From positions 82,332 to 122,586 of the IMG/VR virus record IMGVR_UViG_3300027708_000034: a stretch of DNA of 40,255 bases. One strand, 5' to 3'. The position numbers and the translations under genes are program-made. Shown here one piece after another: positions 8,901 to 19,800 of this stretch; within the stretch, counting starts at the first letter, position 1; each line of letters begins with the position of its first letter. The stretch is from a virus (taxonomy: Duplodnaviria > Heunggongvirae > Uroviricota > Caudoviricetes). The notes under the pieces are model-generated. The model had not been told where the DNA came from. It worked only from the letters and a program-made list of their open reading frames with translations, and did no database searches.

Positions 8901-10830
8901 CAAATGTGCTGGTGGTGCCTGTACTATTGGATCCAAGAGCTTGTCCGCCAGGACCATATATATTTCCACCGACCCATAAGTCTCCACCGATACCGGCTCC
9001 GCCCGTTACCTGTAGAGCACCTGTGTTAGTGCTAGTGCTACTAGATGTATTTGATATTACGAATGTGCTGGTTGTGCCAGTTGTACCAGCACCAATGATC
9101 CTACCTGTTTGATCAACTATATTGCCGCCAACATATAAGTTGCCACCAATACCTACTCCACCACGTACCTGTAGCGCACCCGTGTTAGTACTGGTGCTGC
9201 TGGTGGTGTTTAATATTATAAATGTGCTGGTAGTGCCTGTGCTATTAGACCCAATTGCCTGACCACCCGGACCATATATATTTCCACCAACCCATAAGTC
9301 TCCGACGATGCCTGCACCGCCACGTACTTGTAGAGCACCTGTGTTGGTACTGGTGCTGCTGGTAGTGTTTAATATTACAAACGTGCTAGTGGTGCCTGTG
9401 GTGGCTATTCCAATGCTACCAGTATAACCAGTAACACCCTGTGTGCCAGTGGAGCCAGTATATCCCTGCGGTCCTTGTGCGCCCACTGATCCCCAATAAC
9501 CATTGGGTCCTTGACTACCTGTATAACCTGAGCTACCAGAATAGCCAATAGTACCCGTACTACCAGTATATCCAGTAGCACCCGAGCTGCCAAGATAACC
9601 GCCACTACCTGTAAATCCAAGAATACCCTGTGGACCAGTCGGACCTTGACTACCAGTATAACCCAACGGTCCCTGTGGACCCACGATAACCCCGACATCA
9701 TTAAAACCGCCAACTCCGCCCACGCCAGTATAGGTCCACAGGTGTCCGTTATAGGTGACGATAATACCGTCACCTATCGTAGGTGAGGGATCTACGGAGG
9801 CAAAGGCCACTGTAGTAGCAGTACTGGTACTACCAACGATTCGAACACTTGTACCATTATTACCCTGACTACCTGTATAACCTGTGGCGCCTATGCTGCC
9901 CCAATATCCATTAGATCCACAATATCCTCTAACGCCTTGGCTACCATCAAATCCCCTACTACCGGCAAACCCAATAGTTCCTGTACTACCAGTATATCCA
10001 GTAGCACCCGAGCTGCCAAGATAGCCACCGCTACCTGTAAATCCCGTTGGTCCTTGTGGACCAGCAACATTGCTAGCTGACCCAGTATATCCGCCTGGTC
10101 CTTGAGGACCTACTGAACCTGAATACCCATATCCTACACTCTGCCCGTTTACAAGCACAGCAGTAGCACTAAATGTGCCACCGACATTTAAATTGCCCTG
10201 TATTCCAACTCCGCCCCCAACAGTCAATGCTCCTGTATATATGTTACTGGATGCAGTAGTTCCGCTAATGTTTAAATTCACGAAACTAGCTGTAGTAGCT
10301 GATAAGGTGTTTGCTGTTATCGTTCTACCAATATTTAAATCGCCGCCAACACCCAAACCGCCTGTTATTACCACAGCACCTGTAGTAGTTGATGTACTGG
10401 CTGTAGTATTAGCAAATGAAACGATATTGGTAGTGGTTGCACCCCTGCTAGTAACTGACTGTAGTGTACTGGTATTCCAAATAGTGATAGCACCAGTACT
10501 ACCACTTATTGCTGTGTCAGTACCTGCGGTAATTGATGTTTGATTGGCAAACTGGTTAACTGTGGCAGTGGTCAGTATCTGTGCGCCAGCGATGTAAGAA
10601 GCTGTTCCGATATAAACTGCACCGCCGATGCCAACTCCACCTCGAACTTGCAATGCTCCGGTATTTGTGCTGGTTGCACTGGTAAAATTGGTAACGGTGA
10701 ATGTACTAGATGTGCCATTCAACGGCTGCGCAACCCTGGTCCATGAGTTATCTGCACTGGAATACTGGTAGGTTATTCCGTCTACTACTAAGATAGTGCC
10801 GTTGGTCGATGTGGTGAACGTAGTTGCCAT
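5902..10830 (-). CDS. Long tail fibre protein, 1642 aa: 17 GAL repeats, collagen-like segment with globular knob, GDxWY module, C1q-like domain, tip domain
   Basis: Gly-X-Y run at about 9410..10130; FTPTVAGYYQI...KNG (C1q-like); AKAWVKFDGT...SFNVSSV...TGNFTITFTNALPNANY tip motif. Confidence 0.85.
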   Translation of the reverse strand: MATTFTTSTNGTILVVDGITYQYSSADNSWTRVAQPLNGTSSTFTVTNFTSATSTNTGALQVRGGVGIGGAVYIGTASYIAGAQILTTATVNQFANQTSITAGTDTAISGSTGAITIWNTSTLQSVTSRGATTTNIVSFANTTASTSTTTGAVVITGGLGVGGDLNIGRTITANTLSATTASFVNLNISGTTASSNIYTGALTVGGGVGIQGNLNVGGTFSATAVLVNGQSVGYGYSGSVGPQGPGGYTGSASNVAGPQGPTGFTGSGGYLGSSGATGYTGSTGTIGFAGSRGFDGSQGVRGYCGSNGYWGSIGATGYTGSQGNNGTSVRIVGSTSTATTVAFASVDPSPTIGDGIIVTYNGHLWTYTGVGGVGGFNDVGVIVGPQGPLGYTGSQGPTGPQGILGFTGSGGYLGSSGATGYTGSTGTIGYSGSSGYTGSQGPNGYWGSVGAQGPQGYTGSTGTQGVTGYTGSIGIATTGTTSTFVILNTTSSTSTNTGALQVRGGAGIVGDLWVGGNIYGPGGQAIGSNSTGTTSTFIILNTTSSTSTNTGALQVRGGVGIGGNLYVGGNIVDQTGRIIGAGTTGTTSTFVISNTSSSTSTNTGALQVTGGAGIGGDLWVGGNIYGPGGQALGSNSTGTTSTFVILNTTSSTSTNTGALQVRGGAGIVGCVNIGGNVTVGSTASFGSITGVSNIVVTNINVTGSLTAPNLSYNSGTFQSQVFITNTSSSTSTITGALVVTGGVGIGENLSVGGVVTVGNTASSGSITGVSSICAQNVTVSGNLSAPNLTFSSGTFKTPVIVANTATSTSTQSGAVIVSGGLGVGGAVYASSFITDGGLGSISGVAYITTLNLTATNTILVSGTTNSTSTNSGALVVTGGVGIGGNLYISGTIVDVNSGIAYGVVTTGTTSTFVISNTTNSTSTNSGALQVSGGAGIGKDLYVSGTIYAGGYSALTSGSITTGTTSTFVILNTTSSTSTTTGALQVRGGVGIGGQITAPQAAFTSITTYPVGSNANLLIDPDGSGDAIFSTATQVIVYDTATSTSTTTGALVVTGGVGIGGDLYVGGNITANQLTIQFTTVTTTIIQTDDIIRTFNTTASTGTTTGALTIAGGVGIGGAVYIGTASFIAGAQIITTATIGLYAAASSSSSTGTTATFIISSTASTTSTNSGALQVVGGVGVGGGIYVGGVITATSFVTSGATGTGYITGAAFISASTATIISTATSTSTNTGALIVSGGVGIGGAVYIGTASFIAGAQIITTASIGLYAAASAASTGTTATFIISSTASSTSTNTGALQVIGGVGVGGNVNIGGSVTGGGIRTSSTSTAPTNPTVGDIWYNTATDDIYRYTTDGATSVWLDITGPTGAGTAVTSYTQPTFSYGTAVTQSLGAGTTKINYTQVEFDNTVGMYSTATSTFTPTVAGYYQISAGIRAPVTNQELLIIIRKNGGGYKSGSDNFATASSNAVQSSVSAVIYCNGTTDYIDISAYCGAAATVAALNPGCFFQGYYLGTGIGYVSGTNTYNGVAQILSASTSTAPLIKDSAGVEIGQFAKAWVKFDGTIASPTISGSFNVSSVTKQSTGNFTITFTNALPNANYVMTGNTGFGNTVVAISVPAAANCQMQTYNAAGAALRDAITYVAFFG
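9410..10130 (-). repeat. Collagen-like Gly-X-Y repeat (GYTGS/GPQG) interrupted by a small knob domain
   Basis: Translation of the 1642-aa ORF. Confidence 0.9.
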
Positions 10831-10835
10831 GTATG

Positions 10836-10841
10836 TATTTA
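10836..10841 (-). promoter_or_regulatory. T4-type late promoter-like motif TAAATA, 5 nt before the ATG of 5902..10830
   Basis: Minus strand reads TAA-AG-TAAATA-CATAC-ATG; same motif precedes five other genes. Confidence 0.65.
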
Positions 10842-10843
10842 CT

Positions 10844-13800
10844 TTAGAAAATAGTTGGGTATTGCACGATTGGACCAGTATAATCTAACCAGAAATTAAT
10901 CACACCATTGGCAGTATATCTATACAATCTATCATTAGTTGTATTGTACCACATGTCGCCCACAGTGGGATCAGCTGGGGAATTACTGCCAGTGGTTGAT
11001 CTAACACCACCTGCTACTATGCTGGTAGCATTAATTTGTCCACCAACTCCCAGGCCGCCTGTTATTACCACAGCACCTGTGGTAGTTGATGTGCTGGCTG
11101 TAGTATTGACAAAGGAAATTATATTGGTAGTAGTTGCTCCTCGACCAGTTATACTTTGTAAAGTACTGGTATTGTTGATAGTGATCGAACCAGTTGTAGC
11201 ACTTAGTGTTATATCTGTACCGCTGTTTAGATTAGTTACACCCAAATTGGTAATCACTATGCTGCCAGTAGCAGTGTTTACACCAATATATGTGCTACCC
11301 GTTGCAGTGGTAACACCGGTATTACTGACAGTTATATTACCGCTGCTGGTACTTACGCTAATGCCAACACCAGCGATAATTGAAGTTTGATTTGCAAATT
11401 GGTTAACAGTGGCAGTGGTTAATACTACATTACCGCTACTATATATCGTGCTGCCCACATACAAGTTTCCGCCAATACCGGCTCCACCTGCAACTTGTAA
11501 AGCACCAGAGTTGGTGCTGGTTGCATTTGTGATATTGTAAGTGGAAATAATATCATCAGTGGTAACTTGTGTAGTTGTTACAGTTGTTAATTGAATAGTT
11601 AATTTTTGTGCAACTATCTCACCACCAACATACAAGTTTCCGCCAATGCCCACACCGCCTGCAACTTGTAATGCTCCGCTATTAGTTGAACTTGCCGCAG
11701 TTGCATTTAGAATTAATATCTTATTGGTCGTACTATTACCACGGCCGGTGACAGTTTCCAGTGTACTGGTATTCCATACTGTTACAATACCATTGTATGA
11801 ATATACCGCAGTGTCAGTACCGGCATTCACAGTGGTTATGCCGCCGCCGCTGCTGATCAATGTGGCGGTGGTCAATATCTGTGCGCCACCGATGTATGAC
11901 GTTTGTCCAATATATAGAGAGCCGCCAATACCTACGCCACCGGTTACAACCAATGCTCCAGTATTTGTGCTGGTTGATTCAGATTGATCACTGATATCAG
12001 TAATTCCGCTAATACTAGCAGTGCCATTTACTTGCAGATTACTATTGATTGTAGTTAATACGCCTGCAGGATCAAGTGTAAGATCACCGGTTTGAGTAAC
12101 TAAGCTACCGCCACTTAATACTAAACTTCCAACGCTAACGCTAGTTGGTAATATTACTGCATTGTTAGATCCGTCGGTTACTGTAAGTTGTCCTAGATTT
12201 CCTAGATTGACTTGTGCATTGCCAAAACTTACATCTCCGGTGTGTTGATTAACTAAGAAACTTTCTCCTACACGGAAATCACCACCTTGATCAACTGTTT
12301 GATAATATACCTTACCACCATTTATCTGTATAACTTCGTCGGCCTGCACAACCAAACTGGTATCATCTGATGAATCTTTACCTGCGCCAATATGACTTAC
12401 GTTAAAAGCAATAAGTTTAATATCGGTACCGGTTCCGTCGGCAGTAACACCACTATTACCAAATATAGCGGCAGATCCTAAACTACGTACCTCAGCACCA
12501 AACTGATGATAGTCAGCAAGGTCAATACTGGTAGCAGTAGCATAGTTTGTACCAGTAGAATAAATTACTTGTAATCTTCCAGGCTCATCAGTGAATACAG
12601 TTGACCCTGAAATTCCATTGGCATGTAACATTAATACAGTATATTCATCTACGACTAATGCCTGCGTCGGTGCTGTAAAAGTTGTTAGGTATTTTGCAAT
12701 ACCTTTACTAACTCTTATATCATCAATATAGCCAGTTAAACCTTCTGTGCTCGTGTAATTTGCGCCAATGTAAACTGCGGCTTGTCCATAGTTGTTAGTA
12801 TCAGCATAAGTAGTTGCTTGTACTGTACCGTTGATAAACAATCTTGTAACATTAGAAGATTTACTAACAGCAATGTGCGTCCAGGTATTTAGAGATACGG
12901 CTGTGCCTGTAATTCGCGTGGTATTGCCAGCAATAAATCTTACTTGGCCAGGGCCTGCAAAACCTATTTGAAAGTTTACGCCGCTGATTGGATGATAATC
13001 AAAAAGAGTGTGAACTGCCCCGGTTACTGATCTGTAAGCCCACATTTCAACGGTCCAGTCGCCTGTACCAAATGCAAAATCCGCATGTGAAGCAATTGAT
13101 AATGCATCACCAACGCCGTCAAACTTTGCACTGCCGGTGCCATATTTTTTAACAGAGGTATCAATACTTACATCACCTAACGCACTTACAATTTTAGCAG
13201 TTCTAGTAGATACAGTATCAAATCCCCATGCAGCCCCATTGATATACACATACGAACCATTAACACTGGCAATAGTTCCGCTGGCCAACGTGGTTCCGCC
13301 GGAAGTTTTATAAAATAATGTATCACCTACGGATAGTGTTCCACTAACACCACCTAGTTTTAATTTTGTTTTACCAGCACCAGTATAACCAGTTGAACTG
13401 GTTACAGCATGTACGGCCTTGTCTGCAAAGTAGAAAAATGTGTTGATAACTTCTGCACGGGCACCATTGGTCATGTATAGACCTGTGGCATTTGGCACAA
13501 TGAACGTTGCTTCGTTGAACATTATTGATGCTTGTGTGCTGGTAGTTGCTACTCGTGCTCCATCAATTTTTACGCCGCCGCCCGCGTCGTGTGCGTCAAA
13601 TCCGTATGGATCACTTGCACTGGTTATGCTACCTTTGGTAATAACACTGAAACGTTCAATATAAGGACTCTTGGTAGTAGTTACTGCACCGGGTGCAAAC
13701 TCAAACGCATAACCCGGTTTAAAGAATCCACCTACAGTGAAATCACTGATCAGTGCATCACCCATGAATAAGAACGCGGTCGCTGTATTAGTAGCAGTGG

Positions 13801-16800
13801 TTGGATATATTATTACTTCACGAAGTCCGGCTCCACGAACATTTACACCTTTTGCTATGGTTAGTGGAAATTCTTCATAGTATGTACCAGGTTGTATAAA
13901 AACTGTATCACCATCATCAGCATAACCAAGTATATATTTTATAGTACGAGCGGGTGCTGACGGATGGCCATTTTTGGTATAGTCATTAACACCTATTACA
14001 GGATCAACATACCAAATATGTTGATTTTGATTTAGTAGATTAATACCACTGGCTACCAACCCGCCGGCGATATTAATATTGCCGCCGATACCCACTCCAC
14101 CAGTAATAACTAATGCGCCGGTAACTGTAGATGTGGAACTTGATGTATTGGTAATTCTAATAGCATCTGGGGTAGTTGCACCATATTGAGTTACACCTGC
14201 TAATGTACTGGTGCTTAAACTTTGAACAGTGGACGTTGTAACAACTTTTGCGCCGCGTTGATATAAATCACCACCAACATATAAGTTGCCACCTATCCCA
14301 GCCCCGCCCACAACCTGTAAAGCACCGCTGTTTGTACCTGCACTATCTGTAATATTGGTTATCAATATTGCGTTAGTGGTGCTGTTACCGCGACCAGTTA
14401 CAGTTTGTAGAGTACTGGTGTTCCATATAGTAATTGATGTACCGCTATTACTGCTTACTGCTGTGTCGGTGCCTGCAAAAATCGCAGTTTGATTCGCAAA
14501 CTGATTGACGCTGGCAGTGGTTAATACTTGCTGGCCATTTTGATATAACGATCCACCGATATATAAATCACCACCAATGCCAACGCCGCCCACAACTTGT
14601 AACGCTCCAGTATTTGTTGAACTGGCAGCAGTTGTATTCGTAATTAATATAGTGTTGGTGGTGCTATTACCTCTACTAGTGACAGTTTCTAGTGTACTGG
14701 TATTCCATACTGTTACAATACCATTGTATGAATATACCGCAGTATCAGTGCCAGCGTTTACAGTGGTTATACCACCACCACTGCTGATCAATGTGGCGGT
14801 GGTCAGTATTTGTGCGCCACCGATGTATGACGGTTGTCCGATGTATAAGGACCCGCCTATGCCAACTCCTCCAGTAACTACTAGTGCGCCTGTATTAGTG
14901 CTGGTGCTACTAGATGTATTTGATATTATGAATGTACTGGTAGTACCAGTAGTTTGGAAGCCGTAAGCAATACCGCTGGTAGAATCAATTATTTTTCCAG
15001 CAACATATAAATCTTTAGAAATACCGACACCACCCCGTACCTGCAAGGCACCTGATGTGGCCCGGGTAGAGTTGGTGGTATTCAATATTACAAATGTGCT
15101 GGTAGTACCGGTATTTTGGAAACCGTAAGCAATACCGCTGACGACATCAACTATATTTCCACGGATATATAAATTGCCGCCTATACCAATCCCGCCGGTT
15201 ATTGTCAATGCACCTGTTGTAGTGGAAGTTGACTCAGTGATATTAGTAATACTAATTGCTTGATCGGTGCTTGACCCCCTGTTGGTAACACTTTGTAGTG
15301 TGCTGGTGTTCCAAATTGTAATTGAGCCAATACTTGCTGAGACTGCTGTATCAGTGCCCGCAGTAACTGAAGTTACCGCAGATGAACTAATAGAAGCAGT
15401 GGTGATTACCAACGCACCTTTTACAGTTAGATTACCTCCAACATAAGCATCTCCACCAATGCCAACGCCGCCTACCACAATCAACGCACCAGTATCGGTA
15501 CTGGTGCTGGCTGTAGAATTAACGATTGCGTAAGTTCCGGTGCCTAAATTATTGGCTATACCTGCTATATTAGCATAGGTACTAGATGATGCAAATATGG
15601 CAATATTAACCAGTGTTCCTGTGTTAAATGATAGAGCAAAGCCAGATGTTGTGGCAAAATTACTAGTGGACGCACTGACTGCAACATTAACCAACGTGCC
15701 TGTGTTAAATGATAATGCAAATCCTGAGGTAGATGCAAATCCTGCATTAGATGATATTAAGGATGCAGTATTAGCAAAGGTTACTACCTGACTATTATTA
15801 CTATATATTGTTCCACCAACATACATGTCTAGCTCAACACCAACTCCGCCTGCTACAGTCAATGCTCCAGTGGTAGACGATGTTGAATTAACTGAGGATA
15901 GTACTGATACTGCACCCGGATTGGTTAGATTACCATCTGTGCCAAATACCCAGGTGTTGAATATGGCTCCAGCATTATTAGGACTTGTCTGTATCGAAAC
16001 ATTATTATCCCAAGCATATAGCTGGTTGTTGCTACTAAAATTGGATATTACTGCGGCTTGTCCAGCACTTGGGTATATGTTAACACCGTTGGATACTGAT
16101 GTGATCAGTCCACCGTCTGGAAGTGTTAATACACCATCTGTACCAAAAGTCCAATGATTGTTTTCAGCACCAATTCCTACATTACCTGTACTCTTGATGC
16201 TGTCGTATCTAGGAGGTAATGTCCCACTCACATAAGAAACTGTGCTGGTAACATCTGTTGAATAAACTGGTCCAGGAGAAAAGAAAGTTTGAACATCAAA
16301 TACGATGTCATTAGCAGGACTTGTTCCGCCAGGGAATGTGGTTCCAGGAATGACTAGATTAACACTTCCTGGGCCATATCCGCCGGCACCCTGAGCCACA
16401 CTCATGTTGGTTATAGTGTCATCTACTTCTAGGGTAAATGTTAAATGAGTGGCTCCATAAGTTACCGGTATATTTGTAAATGTAGTTGGTAGGTAACTCC
16501 AAATAACCGGAGCCAGTGTCAATGACCCGTTGATGTTGGCATCACTGCCAACAAATAACTTTTCACCGATTGCAGCACCGCCCCTAACTTGTAGAGCACC
16601 TGTAGTGGTTGATGTTGATGCATCAGTGTTTAATATCAATACAGCATTAGTGGTGCTATTACCTCTGTTGGTGATAGTTTGTAATGTGCTAGTATTCCAT
16701 ATAGTTATTGACCCAACACTTCCATAGACTGCTGTGTCAGTACCTGCTATGATCGAAGTTACCGCAGATGAACTAATAGAAGCAGTAGTGACTACTAAGG

Positions 16801-19800
16801 CCCCACTTACTTTCAAATCGCCGCCAACATATACGTCACCGCCGATACCAACTCCGCCAGCAACAACTAACGCACCCGTAGTAGTCGATGTGCTAGAGGA
16901 GGAGTTAAATGTGGTAATTATATCATCAGTTTCAACTATAGTGGTAGTTATAGTGGTATATTCTATCGTTAACTTCTGGGCAACGATTTCACCACCAACA
17001 TACAAGTTACCACCAATACCAACTCCACCATATACCTGCAGGGCACCTGTATCAGTGCTTGTACTATTAATAGTGTTTACTATCGTAAATGTACCTGTGC
17101 CAAGTGCCAACGCAACTCCCGCTGTTTCAGCATATGTACTCGATGATGCATAAATTGCATTGGTAACTATAGTGCCAGTATCGAAACTTAAGGCATATCC
17201 AGAAGTTGTGGCAAAGTTAGATGTCGTAGCACTTATTGCATTTGTTACTACGGTACCAGTATCGAAACTTAGAGCATATCCAGAAGTTGTGGCAAAGTTA
17301 GATGTTGTAGCACTTATTGCATTTGTTACTACGGTACCAGTATCGAAACTTAGAGCATATCCAGAGGTTGTGGCATATTCAGCATACGCTACCAATAAGG
17401 AACTGGTATTGGCAAATGTGAGAACTTGACTGCTGCTGCTATATATTACACCACCGACATATAAATCACCACCAATGCCAACTCCACCTGCTACAGTTAA
17501 CGCACCCGAGTCCGTTGATGTAGAACTAGTACTATTAATGACCGAAATACTATTGCTGGTGGTGTTTCCTCTATCAGTGACTGATTGTAGATTACTGGTA
17601 TTCCAAATTGTAATGTTGCCAACAGTTCCATAGACTGCTGTGTCAGTGCCTGCTGTGATCGAAGTTACCGCAGATGAACCAATAGAAGCGGTAGTGACTA
17701 CCAAGGAACCTTTTATTGTTAGGTCTCCGCCAACATACAGGTCCTTACCAATACCCACACCACCTGTGACTATCACTGCTCCAGACTCAGTCGAAGTAGA
17801 ATTAGTGGATGTAGTAATCCTTAAGATTTGATTAATTACCGAAGTACCCAATACACTGGATAATCCGCTCTGTGTTGTAAGGACTTCGGCGTTGTTAAGA
17901 TACGCGGTACCAGCAACATGTAAATCTTGACCAATGTATACAGTACCGCCTATGCCTACTCCGCCAATTACCTGCAATGCTCCACTATCAGTCGAGCTGG
18001 CATTAAAAAACTCAAGGGGGGCTATTACTTTTATCGCCCCTACATCTAAAAACCCGCTGATCGTAGATACGTGATCATATCCAGAAATTTGTAAATTATC
18101 GCCCTTGATGGTGCCAATAACATTTAAATTCTCACCAATCCCCACGCCGCCGGCAACTGTCAGTGCCCCGGTAAATGGATCTGTTGATGTTGATGTACTC
18201 GATAATGTTAGTGTATTTTGATATACTGGTGACTCTGTCCCGTTGCTTACTAGAACATATCCGGGCAGTGATGTGGTTACAAATCCAGTTTGAGTAGAAC
18301 TAATTTGATATAATAATGTACCGGGAGACCCGCCAGTAACAGCAGCAGCATAGTTTGCATTATCCACTGAACCTGATATGGTTCCGCGGAACACACCGTA
18401 GATATTAGTGGCTGTAAAGTCGCCGCCAACAGTTATATTACCATTGACATTTAAATTTTCCCCGATGCCAACCCCGCCCACTACCACTAGAGCCCCATTA
18501 TTACTTGAGGTTGAGCCGATATTATTATTGACTGTTAATACATCATCTGCTTGAAACGGTCCATGTATTATAGAAGTAGCGGTTCCTCTTGTGATAATAT
18601 GATCGAAGGATCCCAAACCATCAACATACACATCGCCACCGATGCCAACTCCGCCGATTACTTGCAATGCTCCGGTATTCGTTGATGTAGATGTTTCCGA
18701 ATTTGTTATTCTAGTCTTGTTACTTAAAACTCCGCCTGTAAAAGTTCCCGTGTTTACAAGATAACCGTTAGCGTAAACATTACCACTAGAATATATGTTT
18801 CCACCAACAGACATGCCGCCTGCTATTTGTAAGGCACCCGTGTTAGCTCCGGACGAATCTGCAATAGAATTGATCATTACAGACCCAACACTTAAATTAC
18901 CAGTTATAGTTGAAAATGTAGATATGTTGAGAGATACTGCATTTATGCTTCCACCAGCAAAAATATTTTCTCCAACTCCCAAGCCTCCATATATCCTTAA
19001 GGCGCCTGTATCAGTAGATGTTGACGACCCATAATTAAGTATAGTTAATACATTAGTGGTAGTAGCACCTCTGTTGGTTACTGACTGTAGTGTGCTGATA
19101 TCACTGACAGTAACATCCCCAGTAGATGATGATACAGATATATCATCACCAGCAAGAATCTTGCTGACGAAATTAGGACTTCCATCTTTTGATGTTAGTA
19201 CCTGAGATCCATTGCTGAATAGATTAGCAACATGAAGATCACCGCGTATGCCCACACCACCATAAATTTGTAAGGCCCCATCATTAATGCTAGTTGATGA
19301 ACTATCATTGTATATTATTAATGGCCCGTATATTTTAGATTGTGTGGTAGTATTAAACGAATAAAAACTATTGACATATGCAACACCCCCAAGATATAAG
19401 TCTTTACCTATACCTGCGCCACCACTAACAACTAATGCTCCAGAATTGGTAGATTCAGAGTTGGTAGTATTGAAAGTTTTGATTATATCATCTGTTTGGA
19501 TGATAGTGGTTGTTATCGTGGTATATTGTATGTCTAACTCTTGCGCGACAATTTTACCACCAACATATAAATCACCACCAATGCCAGCACCACCGGTTAC
19601 AACCAAGGCTCCTGAATTATTTGATGTACTGGCACTAGCATTATTAATTAATATAGTATTAGTAGTAGAACTTCCACGATCAGTTACTGTTTGTAGTGTA
19701 CTGGTGTTCCAAATAGTAACAGCACCGGTGCTAGTGCTTACTGCTGTGTCAGTACCTGCCGTGATCGAAGTTTGATTTGCATATTGATTAACACTGGCAG

